Origin: an uncultured Thermococci archaeon
GTDB lineage: Archaea; Methanobacteriota_B; Thermococci; Thermococcales; Thermococcaceae
DNA length: 20,727 nucleotides
Reading direction: 5' to 3'
Assembly: GCA_964615185.1 (NCBI GenBank)
Contig: CAZTOS010000040.1
Coordinates: 1 to 20,727 of the forward strand
Numbering within the stretch: the first letter of the stretch is position 1; every line of letters starts with the position of its first letter. Below the pieces are notes generated by a model. It saw only the letters and a list, made by a program, of their open reading frames with translations. It was not told where the DNA came from and did no database searches. This document shows, piece by piece, positions 1 through 8,632 of the stretch. A program made the position numbers and the translations under genes.

Positions 1-97
1 TAGGACCCTTAAAAGCCCTAACCGCATAAATAACAAACGCCAAAAGATAAAGCGGGATGACGAATTTCATGAGCGTCATGAATGCACTTTCAAGCAT
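1..97 (-). CDS. mnhF: Mrp/Mnh Na+/H+ antiporter subunit F (MnhF/MrpF-like), 5' part only; runs off the left edge
   Basis: Not in the ORF track. Manual translation from ATG at 97 gives MLESAFMTLMKFVIPLYLLAFVIYAVRAFKGP.. (one TM helix then the R-x-x-x-GP(T) MrpF signature). SD AGAGGTGA lies at 103-110. Position downstream of the formate channel fits fdh-mfh-mnh clusters. Confidence 0.8.
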   Translation of the reverse strand, partial: MLESAFMTLMKFVIPLYLLAFVIYAVRAFKGP

Positions 98-115
98 TTT
101 TCTCACCTCTCGTTG

Positions 116-137
116 AAAATATGAAAAAAATGAAAAA
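116..137 (-). terminator. Putative oligo-U intrinsic terminator/attenuator between the formate channel gene and mnhF
   Basis: Minus strand reads TTTTTCATTTTTTTCATATTTT a few nt after the TGA at 142-144, typical of archaeal U-tract terminators. Confidence 0.45.
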
Positions 138-141
138 GCCA

Positions 142-1173
142 TCAGGCAACAGCCTTGTTATTCTTGTAGAGAACAAATGCTCCGACGATGTAGTAGAGTG
201 TTAGCACTAATGGAACAATGTACATTGCACCCTTGCCAAGTGCTTTGTCGAGAGCAATTCCAATTCCTGCTGGGATGAGTGTTGCAACGACCCAGAATGC
301 CAAGAAGACAACGAGGAAGTCAATAATTTCTTTAATAACCTCATTGGTTGTAAGCTCTGGGTGTCCCAGATACCAGTAGTAGAATGCCACGAAGAGGAAG
401 CCACCGACGGCGTTACCGAAGGTTACTGGGATTAAGTTGTGGAAGAACTGGCTCCAAGTTATGGCATAGTTGCTTGCGATAATTCCTGTTGGAATGGCCC
501 ACATGTTTGCAATGGCGTGCTCGAAGCCTATTGCAACGAAAGCGAAGATTGGGAACCATATTGCTAAGATTTTACCCGCACCATCTTGAACTCTTGCTGC
601 CTGCCATATTGCGACGTTGACGAGCCAGTTACATCCAATACCAAGGAAGAACAATGCAAGTATGCTCTTTGAGACTTTGCCAGTTGCTATTGCCACAGCT
701 GTATTTCCAAAGATGTTGGGGTCACCTACGTGGCCAAAGAGTCCTGTCAGTGGAACTGCTAAGAGTGCAAGGAATACTGAACCAATGAAGTTTCCACCGT
801 AGCTTCCGAACCAGTTGTAGAGGATGCACTTGAAATCAGCATAGCGCTTGGCCTTTGCTGCACTGAGGAACTGGACGTTTCCTGTCCATAAGTCAGCACC
901 TGCAAGGATGACGGCAATCAAACCAACTGGGAACACTGCACCTAAGAGTATCTTGAACAGAGCCTTGTTGAATGTGTCACCGGCAGCGAAGGGTGGATAT
1001 TTGGCTATACAGCCTGCTACTATTGCCAGGATAAAACCGAAGGCAATGAATGCACCTGCCATGAATCCTGCAAATAGCAACCTCCCCGGGGTTGTCTTGT
1101 ACTTTGGTGTTGCCTTCTTTGCAACTGCTTCAAAGGTTGTATCAACTCCATACAATATCTTTTCCTTTGACAT
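142..1173 (-). CDS. focA: Formate/nitrite transporter (FNT) family formate channel with C-terminal membrane extension
   Basis: FNT motifs FPVGL, ADLWTGN, GIGCNWLV, GFEHAIANM (conserved His) and GNAVGG. SD AGGAGGTGA at 1180-1188. Confidence 0.93.
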   Translation of the reverse strand: MSKEKILYGVDTTFEAVAKKATPKYKTTPGRLLFAGFMAGAFIAFGFILAIVAGCIAKYPPFAAGDTFNKALFKILLGAVFPVGLIAVILAGADLWTGNVQFLSAAKAKRYADFKCILYNWFGSYGGNFIGSVFLALLAVPLTGLFGHVGDPNIFGNTAVAIATGKVSKSILALFFLGIGCNWLVNVAIWQAARVQDGAGKILAIWFPIFAFVAIGFEHAIANMWAIPTGIIASNYAITWSQFFHNLIPVTFGNAVGGFLFVAFYYWYLGHPELTTNEVIKEIIDFLVVFLAFWVVATLIPAGIGIALDKALGKGAMYIVPLVLTLYYIVGAFVLYKNNKAVA

Positions 1174-1179
1174 CTTGAC

Positions 1180-1458
1180 TCACCTCCTTATTTTAAGCAT
1201 TTCATCATTTTCCAAAGTCTGCAGAGCTTTGAGCAGGAGCTGTCTATCCCCCTCATCTATCTCATCTAAGGGGATTAGAGGAGCATTGGCGAGCGTAATT
1301 TCTAAGCCCCCCAGAGCTTCCTCAATTTTCATAGCTGTATCTTCGCTAATTTCCCCAAGGACTTCTTCAACCATAAAGTCCCCCTCTATGTGATCCAGTG
1401 CATATGCCACGGGGTTATCAAACCCAATATACGAACTCTTTACCAGCAGACAGGGCAT
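1180..1458 (-). CDS. Small acidic hypothetical protein (about 92 aa), probable accessory factor of the membrane hydrogenase
   Basis: Fills the gap between the small subunit and FNT genes. ATG at 1458 is preceded by GGAGGG, so preferred to the ORF-track start 1485. Its stop lies inside the FNT SD. Function not recognisable. Confidence 0.65.
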   Translation of the reverse strand: MPCLLVKSSYIGFDNPVAYALDHIEGDFMVEEVLGEISEDTAMKIEEALGGLEITLANAPLIPLDEIDEGDRQLLLKALQTLENDEMLKIRR

Positions 1459-2236
1459 CTCTAACCCTCCAATACTCATTCTCAAGCAATCTCATACAGA
1501 AACTAATCCTAACATCCCTAATTTTGGCATTGTACTCATCAATGAGCTTCTTGAGTTCTTCTTTTGGCTTTTCACTTTCTTCTGCTTTCTTTACAAGCTC
1601 CATGAAGTCTTCAAGGATTTTGTCGCGGTCAAAGTAACCAACAACATGCCTCAGTTTCTCTCTGAGTGTTAGCCTAATGCGCTCATTAATTGGAGCCTCT
1701 GGGAGCTCAAAGCCAACTTCCTCAGTATAGTGTTCTCCTTCCAGTTTCTTCTCAACTAAGCCGAGTAGCTGGGCAATTCCGTAGAGTATTTCCTCTGGTC
1801 TCGGCGGACAGCCGGGTATGTATATCACTGGGCCAACATACTCTCCCTCATCCCTGAGATCCTCAATGAGCTCAATGATTCCTCCTCTCCTTGGATATTC
1901 ACAGCCTTCTCTCCCGCTCTCTGATCTTCTATAAATTGGATAGCCGTTGTAGAATATCCCACCACTACATGCACAAGTTCCTATGACGACGATTATCCTT
2001 GGCTTTGGAGGCATGGCTTTAATGGCCTTCTTCGCACCGTAATAACATTGTCTTGTGAGAGGGCCGGTTACGAGCATTGCATGGGCATGTCTCGGTGATC
2101 CAACTAATTTGACTCCCAATCTCTCGGCATCGTAGAATGGTGTTAGGATATCAAGTATCTCAATGTCACAGCCGTTGCATGCTCCTGTGTTGAGGTGGAA
2201 AACCCACACAGAGCGGAGTTTTGGCTTTGCGCTCAT
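1418..2236 (-). CDS. hycG: Group 4 [NiFe] hydrogenase small subunit (HycG/NuoB-like, Mfh) with C-terminal extension
   Basis: Motifs ACNGCDIE, SPRHA, GTCACSGG, YIPGCPPRPE. ATGA overlap with the upstream stop. SD AGGAGGTGG. Confidence 0.92.
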   Translation of the reverse strand: MSAKPKLRSVWVFHLNTGACNGCDIEILDILTPFYDAERLGVKLVGSPRHAHAMLVTGPLTRQCYYGAKKAIKAMPPKPRIIVVIGTCACSGGIFYNGYPIYRRSESGREGCEYPRRGGIIELIEDLRDEGEYVGPVIYIPGCPPRPEEILYGIAQLLGLVEKKLEGEHYTEEVGFELPEAPINERIRLTLREKLRHVVGYFDRDKILEDFMELVKKAEESEKPKEELKKLIDEYNAKIRDVRISFCMRLLENEYWRVRDALSAGKEFVYWV

Positions 2237-2730
2237 AGAACCACCTCCTTAGTTGCGTTAATTGTGGCATCTACCGTTCCTTTCCTCCTGCAGTTCCTGC
2301 ATATGAAGACCCTCTCTTCAAGCGCTTCTTCTTCCAAAATTTCCTTGGGCAGTATCTGTAAGGCCTTCTTCACCTGCCTCTCCGTGAAATCCGTGTAATT
2401 ACCGCACACCTTACACCTGACAAGTCTGAGCTCCACAACCTGGATGTGATCCCTTCTATCAGGTGAAGCAGCCTCAAAGAGGTTTGTTAGTCTGATTGCA
2501 CCAGTTGGACAGACTTCCTCACACCTCGCACACCTTATGCATCTTCCAATATCAAGGACAATCTTCCTCGTGCCCCTATCATAGTCATCAATTCTAAGGA
2601 TAGCATCAGGGGGACAGGCATTAACACAGGCACCACAGCCAATGCAGAGCTTTGGATCTATGTGAGGTAATCCCCTATACTCAGGAGGAGCTTCAAGCTC
2701 AGTGAAAGGATATCTAAGCGTTACGGGCAT
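2233..2730 (-). CDS. hycF: 2x[4Fe-4S] ferredoxin-like hydrogenase subunit (HycF/NuoI-like)
   Basis: YPF..YRG, CIGCGACVNACP and CIRCARCEEVCP, plus a C-terminal CKVC..CRNC pair. ATG at 2730 follows SD GGAGGGTG (ORF track uses GTG 2736). Confidence 0.9.
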   Translation of the reverse strand: MPVTLRYPFTELEAPPEYRGLPHIDPKLCIGCGACVNACPPDAILRIDDYDRGTRKIVLDIGRCIRCARCEEVCPTGAIRLTNLFEAASPDRRDHIQVVELRLVRCKVCGNYTDFTERQVKKALQILPKEILEEEALEERVFICRNCRRKGTVDATINATKEVVL

Positions 2731-2732
2731 TT

Positions 2733-4409
2733 TCACACCCTCCTTGAGGCTTTAATTGAGAGCTTATTGAACTCCTCTTCCTTGAGGATTCTCACTTTTC
2801 CACTCTCAACATCAACTATCTGCACCCTCTCTGTACAGGAGTAGCATGGGTCAATGCTTGCTATGATTAGCGGTGCATCAGCTATTGTGTAGCCTCTCAG
2901 CATGTCCGGAACCGCTGGTAGGTTGTTGTATGTCGCTGCCCTTGCTCTGTAGCGGTAAACCGTATTTCCTGGCCCCGTCATCACATAGTGAACGTTCTCC
3001 CCTCTTGGAGCTTCGGTTGTTCCTATGACTTCCCTATAAGGTGGAATCTCTTTATACTCCGCTAAGATATCTCCACCAGGCAGCTGGTCTAAGGCCTGCT
3101 CAATTATCCAAATGCTCTCCCATATTTCCTCTATTCTAACCAAAGCCCTTGCCAGAACGTCCCCTTCTTTGTAAACTGGAACTTTGAAGTCCAAGTCTCC
3201 ATAAGCGGCATATGGGTGGTCTCTTCTCACGTCAAAGTCTCTTCCAGAACCTCTTCCCAATGGACCATCAACGCTCCACTCATGTGCTAATTTATACGGC
3301 AGAACACCAACTCCCTCACATCTCTTGATGAATGTCCTTGTTGAAGTTAGGTCATCAACGAGCTTTCCAAATTCGCTTTTGAGCTTCTTCAGAACATCCT
3401 CAATCATTTCTTTTCTGTAATCGAGGAAGTCCCTTCTAACTCCTCCCACCAAGTTTATTCCATAGGTCTTTCTGTTTCCTGTCAATCTTTCACAGAGCCA
3501 CATTACGTACTCTCTTAAGCGCCAAGCATGCATGAAACCTGTGTCAAATCCCGTCAAGTGGCAAGCAACACCCATCCAAAGCAGATGAGAGTGCAACCTT
3601 TCAAGCTCAAGCATTATCGTCCTTATGTACAAAGCTCTTTCTGGAACCTCTATCTCCCCCGCAGCCTCAACTGCCTGACAGTAGGCTGTGGAGTGCGTGA
3701 ATCCACAGATTCCACAAATTCTCTCAGCTATGAAGCATATCTGGTCATAGGTAAGCCTGCTTTCGCTTATCTTTTCTATTCCTCTGTGGGAGTAGAAGCC
3801 GCGATAATCACAGTCAATAATTTCTTCACCCTTAACGTAGAGCCTGAAGTGTGCTGGTTCATCTAAAGCGACATGATATGGACCGATTGGATGAACTGTC
3901 GTCCCTTGTGGAGGCTCTCTGTAAGGATAGTATTTCTTCCCTTGTGGGCTATCTGAGTAGTGGAAGTCTTTTCTGAGTGGATAAACGCATGAAGGCCAGT
4001 CATCTGGGAGCACAAGCCTTCTTGGATCCGGATGCCCTTCTGGAATTATGCCGAGCAGGTCTTGAACCTCTCTCTCATACCAGTTGGCTCCCTTGTGGAA
4101 AGGCGTTACTGATTTGAATCTTGGATCATCTGCTGGGAGATATGCCTTGATTCCAATGTAAACGTCATCACTGTTTCCATTTACACTGAGCCAGTAAATT
4201 ACGCTAAACTTTCCTCTCAAAGGTCTCTCGTCGGTTCCAACCATCGTTGAAAGCTGCGTCTCCTTCCACTCCGGATGCTTGAGGAAATAGACAACCACCT
4301 CGTGGAGGATATCCTTATCAACAGTGATTAGCCATTGATTGTGAGCTAACTGCTTAATTTCCTCAATTCTCTCCCCAAACTTTGCTTTGAGTTCTTCCAA
4401 ATACTTCAT
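2733..4409 (-). CDS. hycE: Group 4 membrane-bound [NiFe] hydrogenase large subunit (HycE-like NuoC/NuoD fusion, Mfh)
   Basis: NuoC-like WYEREVQDLLG..GHPDPRRL, Ni-binding ERICGIC and DPCYSCTER, EAPRGE. A 30-aa tail follows TER (cleavable type). ATG at 4409 follows SD GGGGTGGTGA. Confidence 0.95.
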   Translation of the reverse strand: MKYLEELKAKFGERIEEIKQLAHNQWLITVDKDILHEVVVYFLKHPEWKETQLSTMVGTDERPLRGKFSVIYWLSVNGNSDDVYIGIKAYLPADDPRFKSVTPFHKGANWYEREVQDLLGIIPEGHPDPRRLVLPDDWPSCVYPLRKDFHYSDSPQGKKYYPYREPPQGTTVHPIGPYHVALDEPAHFRLYVKGEEIIDCDYRGFYSHRGIEKISESRLTYDQICFIAERICGICGFTHSTAYCQAVEAAGEIEVPERALYIRTIMLELERLHSHLLWMGVACHLTGFDTGFMHAWRLREYVMWLCERLTGNRKTYGINLVGGVRRDFLDYRKEMIEDVLKKLKSEFGKLVDDLTSTRTFIKRCEGVGVLPYKLAHEWSVDGPLGRGSGRDFDVRRDHPYAAYGDLDFKVPVYKEGDVLARALVRIEEIWESIWIIEQALDQLPGGDILAEYKEIPPYREVIGTTEAPRGENVHYVMTGPGNTVYRYRARAATYNNLPAVPDMLRGYTIADAPLIIASIDPCYSCTERVQIVDVESGKVRILKEEEFNKLSIKASRRV

Positions 4410-4411
4410 TC

Positions 4412-5332
4412 TCACCACCCCAGAGCTGCAATTAGTAAAACCACCAATCCAGCAAGGAATACCCTTGTATTCTGTCTTATCGCCTGATCTATCCTTAAGC
4501 GGGCATTTGAGGCTTCAATTATCGCGATTATGCTGTAAATTATGAACAGCACTATGAGCTGAACCGCCAATGTTGCTAATCCGCCGGTGAAAGTTGTAAT
4601 GTCAATGATGTTCTTCATTATCGGCAATACGAGGAAGCTCACAAAGAGCCAGAGCAGAGCTAAGCGCTTAATTAGCATAGCCCATTTAAACATCCCAAGC
4701 AATCTTCCGCTGTATTCACAGAGTGGGCCCTCAAGGATTTCAGTTTCTGCTTCAGCTATATCGAAGGGTATGAAGCCACCTTCAACATAGACAGCATAAG
4801 CTAAGAGAACATAGGCTAGGATTAAGGAGGGAGTGAAAGTTATGTTTAGTGGGATTCCGCCAATGCTAAGTGAGTGGGCATTCAAGGCAAACACCCCTAT
4901 TGCCACACCCAAAACCGGCTCTATGCTTAGGATGAGCATCATCTCTCTATTTGCACCAGCATTTGTGTAGCTATTATTGACACTAAAGCCAGCTATCATC
5001 ATGGCTACCGAAAACATCGCCAAGACATAGAGGAACACGAAGAAGTCTCCTGTGAATGCAACTGGAACGAAGCTTCCGAAAGGTAATAATAAAGCCGCTG
5101 CCAATGCTGAGGCAAATGCAATGTATGGAGCGATTCTGAAGGCTAACCTCTCCGTTGGGAGTATCGGCTCCATGTTGAGCAGTGATTGCAGGTCATAGTA
5201 AGTTTGGAAGATAGAGGCACCTACCCTGTACTGAATCTTTGCCTTAACCTTTCTTGAAATTCCATCAAGGAGTGGAGGAAGGAGGAAGATTATCATGACC
5301 GTTATCAGCGCAAATACTATTTTCTCCATCAT
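4412..5332 (-). CDS. hycD: Membrane anchor subunit (HycD/NuoH family)
   Basis: RKVKAKIQYRVG and PFDIAEAETEILEGPLCEYSG motifs, multiple TM helices. Start ATG at 5332 (or 5329) after SD GAGGTGGG. Confidence 0.92.
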   Translation of the reverse strand: MMEKIVFALITVMIIFLLPPLLDGISRKVKAKIQYRVGASIFQTYYDLQSLLNMEPILPTERLAFRIAPYIAFASALAAALLLPFGSFVPVAFTGDFFVFLYVLAMFSVAMMIAGFSVNNSYTNAGANREMMLILSIEPVLGVAIGVFALNAHSLSIGGIPLNITFTPSLILAYVLLAYAVYVEGGFIPFDIAEAETEILEGPLCEYSGRLLGMFKWAMLIKRLALLWLFVSFLVLPIMKNIIDITTFTGGLATLAVQLIVLFIIYSIIAIIEASNARLRIDQAIRQNTRVFLAGLVVLLIAALGW

Positions 5333-5342
5333 TTTTCCCACC

Positions 5343-7412
5343 TCACAGGAGCATTAATGCCAGCATTAATGCCAAGACTATCAACGTCACTGTGAAGAGC
5401 ATGTTGAGGCTGTCCAGTTCTTCAATCACTACGGCACTTGCTTTGATGGCTTTAATAGCTGGGCTTAGCGCTGTTTCATCAAGGTAAACTTCCTTGACGC
5501 TGCTCACGTACCATTTTCCGATGCCCGTTACTGCTCCGCTCAGCTTAGCAGCCCATCTGTGCAAAGTCTTTGCAACGCTGAGGTAAGCATAAACTAAAGC
5601 GTCTTTCACGGCATTTCCAAACTTGCTTAACTCATCTCCGCTGTGATATAAGCCGCGGATGTAATCCTCAAAGGGCAGGTAGTAGTGCTTAGCTTTGAGC
5701 TTGTAGTTCTCCATTTTCACAGGCTCACCCGTTGTCCAAGGCTCGTCCAATTTTTTGTTCACTGGGAATGATGCAAATACTCCAAGGAACATCACACCAA
5801 ACACAGCAACAAATAGGAGTGGATTGAAGTAGCTCTCAGCGTTGAGAGGCATTGAAGGAGCTTTTATCATCACGAGCCAATACTTGGTTGTTATCCAGCT
5901 TGTCAGGTTAGCATCTGTCAAAGCACTGCCCGGTGAAAGGAGGAGAGGTAGGATTAGTGCTGGAACCAAACCTAAGAGCAGACAGAGTGAGGCCAAGAAT
6001 CCTTTTGCAATGAGCATTGAAGAGGAAACTTCTTTTACATCCTGCGTTAATTTAGTGGGTTCCCCACCAAATGCAGTTGTGTAGAACTTTATGAATGAAG
6101 CCAAGGTTGCGGCACTGATAAATAGTGCCATGACTCCAAGGAATACCAACAGACCGTTTCCTGAGAGGAATGTTGATTGATAAATCATCCACTTGCTCAT
6201 GAAGCCGTTGAATGGTGGCTCACCGGCTATAGACATTGCAGCTATCAGTGTGAATATTGCAGTGAAGGGCATTAGCTTAGCCAAGCCTCCGAGGGAGTTT
6301 AAGTCTCTGCTGTGAGTTCTGTAAAGGATTGAACCAGCTGAAAGGAAGAGTAATCCCTTAAACAGGGCGTGATTAACTAAGTGGAAGAGACCAGCCGCTA
6401 AGGCTATTGCACCAAAGGCTGCATAAGCTCCTCCTTTGGCAATGAAGATTATTCCAACTCCAACACCGAGCCAGATGTAACCCATTTGTCCAACACTGTG
6501 ATAAGCAAGCAACCTCTTAGCGTCGGTCTGCTTCAAAGCGTAGAGCGTTCCAACCGTTAGGGTGATTGTTCCAAGGACTGCGACTATGTAGCCGAAAGTT
6601 ACATCTGGCTTCAATATGAAGCATGTCGTCCTAATCAATCCGTAAACTGCAACCTTAATCATGACACCACTCATCAAAGCAGATACGTTGCTTGGCGCAG
6701 CTGGGTGCGCATCAGGCAGCCAGAAGTGTATTGGCACAACACCAGCTTTGCTTCCAAAGCCAATTAGGAATAGGACATAGAATATCGGGCTGAGCTTGAG
6801 TGAAGCTAAGTTTGCAAAGTTTAATCCATCAACTGAGCCAACTTTAGCGTAAAGCAAAGCGACCGCTATAACCAACGGCAGTGTGCTCGTTATGTGCATC
6901 GTTACAAAGTACTTCCACCCGGCTTTTCTGACGTATTCCTCCTCGCTCTCCCAGATTATTAGGACATAGGATGCAAAGGTCATAACTTCCCAAAGGAAGA
7001 GGAACCAGAACAAGTTTGATACAGTAACTATGAGTATCATTGAGAGCACGAAGGTGCTGTATAGTATTATGTAGAGCCATCCCTTACCGAGCTTTTCATA
7101 AAACTCCATATACTTTGGTGAATAAACTGATGTTGCCAATCCCAGAGCTCCTAAGACAAAGCAGAGTATGAGTGATAACCCATCGATGTGGAAGGGTATC
7201 TTAGCTACGCCAATGTTGTAGACAATATCTATTGCTTTTCCTTGAAGTGCAAGGGGTATAGCATTTATAGTGAAACCTAACAGTGAGAGGGAAGCCAAGG
7301 CTGTGAATGCATGGCCTAAGCTGATTGAAAGTTTATAGTTTTTCTTGAATATCAGAGCGACCAGCATTGATGCAAAGTACAGGATTACAGCTAAGGTGAA
7401 CAGCTCCTTCAT
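5343..7412 (-). CDS. hyfB: Proton-translocating antiporter-like subunit (HyfB/HycC, NuoL/MrpD family) with long C-terminal helix
   Basis: FLWEVMT, KAGVVPIHFWLPDAHPAAPSNVSALMSG, KRLLAYHS, NHALFKGLLF, PPFNGFMSKW. ATG at 7412 follows SD GAGGTGGTGA (ORF track 7430). Confidence 0.9.
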   Translation of the reverse strand: MKELFTLAVILYFASMLVALIFKKNYKLSISLGHAFTALASLSLLGFTINAIPLALQGKAIDIVYNIGVAKIPFHIDGLSLILCFVLGALGLATSVYSPKYMEFYEKLGKGWLYIILYSTFVLSMILIVTVSNLFWFLFLWEVMTFASYVLIIWESEEEYVRKAGWKYFVTMHITSTLPLVIAVALLYAKVGSVDGLNFANLASLKLSPIFYVLFLIGFGSKAGVVPIHFWLPDAHPAAPSNVSALMSGVMIKVAVYGLIRTTCFILKPDVTFGYIVAVLGTITLTVGTLYALKQTDAKRLLAYHSVGQMGYIWLGVGVGIIFIAKGGAYAAFGAIALAAGLFHLVNHALFKGLLFLSAGSILYRTHSRDLNSLGGLAKLMPFTAIFTLIAAMSIAGEPPFNGFMSKWMIYQSTFLSGNGLLVFLGVMALFISAATLASFIKFYTTAFGGEPTKLTQDVKEVSSSMLIAKGFLASLCLLLGLVPALILPLLLSPGSALTDANLTSWITTKYWLVMIKAPSMPLNAESYFNPLLFVAVFGVMFLGVFASFPVNKKLDEPWTTGEPVKMENYKLKAKHYYLPFEDYIRGLYHSGDELSKFGNAVKDALVYAYLSVAKTLHRWAAKLSGAVTGIGKWYVSSVKEVYLDETALSPAIKAIKASAVVIEELDSLNMLFTVTLIVLALMLALMLL

Positions 7413-7414
7413 TT

Positions 7415-8629
7415 TCACCACCTCGCCCATATGAAGTCACACATGAATTGGCTTATCAATGAGAGCACAAGCAACACCACAATGCTGAAAGCTAAGCTTG
7501 CTGGTAATTTGCGCTTAACCTCTGGCTTTCCTTCGCTTATCACGTAGGCATGGAATATCTTGAGGAAGATTATGAACGCCACGACCCACTCCACGGCAAC
7601 GAATATTGCCAAGCCTTGACTGACCCCAAGCAAAGTTTTGATGACGTTAAGCTTGTTGAAGAACAAGTTGAACGGTGGAACACCCTCCAAGGCGAAGATT
7701 GATGCGGCAAAGAGTCCAGCGGTAAAGGCATCGCTGTTCATGAAGCCCTTCATTTTGCTCAAGCTCTTGGTTCCAAAGACGTAAAGCAAAGCTCCAGCTG
7801 ACATGAAAGCTGCTGCTTTAGCCAAGCCGTGGGCCACAACATAATAGCCAATATCCTTCTCAACACCAGTGATTCCCAATAATCCAGCAACGATTAATAT
7901 GAACATCCATCCCATGTTGTCTATTGTTGACCAGGCAAACAGCCTCTTGACATCATCTTGGAGCGGGTAAGATAGTATTGCCGCAATCATGCTCAGTATC
8001 GCCATGATTCCTATCACGTAAACTACCCAGCTTGAGACACTCCAGCCAACTAAATCAAGGATTCTAATCGTTCCATAAACGCCGAGCTCAACCATTGCAC
8101 CACTCAATATAGCTGAAACTGGTGAAGGTGCTGCTGGATGTGCATCTGGGAGCCAGTAGTGGAGAGGGAATAAACCGCACTTTGTGGCAAATCCAAAGAA
8201 CATCAGGAATACTATAACGTCCTTATACTGGCCAAAGCTTGTGAAGTTGAAGGTTCCTGTTACCGCATAATAGAGCACAATTGCAAAGATCAAGGGTGTT
8301 GTGTCAAAGAGATGCATAGTTACGAAATATTTCCATCCAGCTTTCTTTGTGCTCTCCTCAGGATAATCATAGATTATCAAGAAGTAAGAGGTAAGGGTCA
8401 TTACCTCCCAGAGGAAGAGAAAGCTGAACCAGTCCCTAACTGCTGGAATTAGGAGCATTGAGACTATGAAGATGAGCAGGGTTGGGTAGTAGGGAATCTT
8501 TGGTTTGAAATCATAGATGTCCATGTACTTGAGTGATGCGATTATCGCCGCTAACCCAAGGATCCCAACGTTCAGTGCAAAGAGCAGTGAGATTTTGTCA
8601 AAGGTGAGCGTGAAGTCAAATGCGAACAT
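7415..8629 (-). CDS. Proton-translocating antiporter-like subunit (complex I subunit 5/MrpD family), short form
   Basis: FLWEVMT, KCGLFPLHYWLPDAHPAAPSPVSAILSG, KRLFAWST, HGLAKA, GVPPF. SD GGGGTGGTGA. Confidence 0.88.
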   Translation of the reverse strand: MFAFDFTLTFDKISLLFALNVGILGLAAIIASLKYMDIYDFKPKIPYYPTLLIFIVSMLLIPAVRDWFSFLFLWEVMTLTSYFLIIYDYPEESTKKAGWKYFVTMHLFDTTPLIFAIVLYYAVTGTFNFTSFGQYKDVIVFLMFFGFATKCGLFPLHYWLPDAHPAAPSPVSAILSGAMVELGVYGTIRILDLVGWSVSSWVVYVIGIMAILSMIAAILSYPLQDDVKRLFAWSTIDNMGWMFILIVAGLLGITGVEKDIGYYVVAHGLAKAAAFMSAGALLYVFGTKSLSKMKGFMNSDAFTAGLFAASIFALEGVPPFNLFFNKLNVIKTLLGVSQGLAIFVAVEWVVAFIIFLKIFHAYVISEGKPEVKRKLPASLAFSIVVLLVLSLISQFMCDFIWARW

Positions 8630-8632
8630 GTC

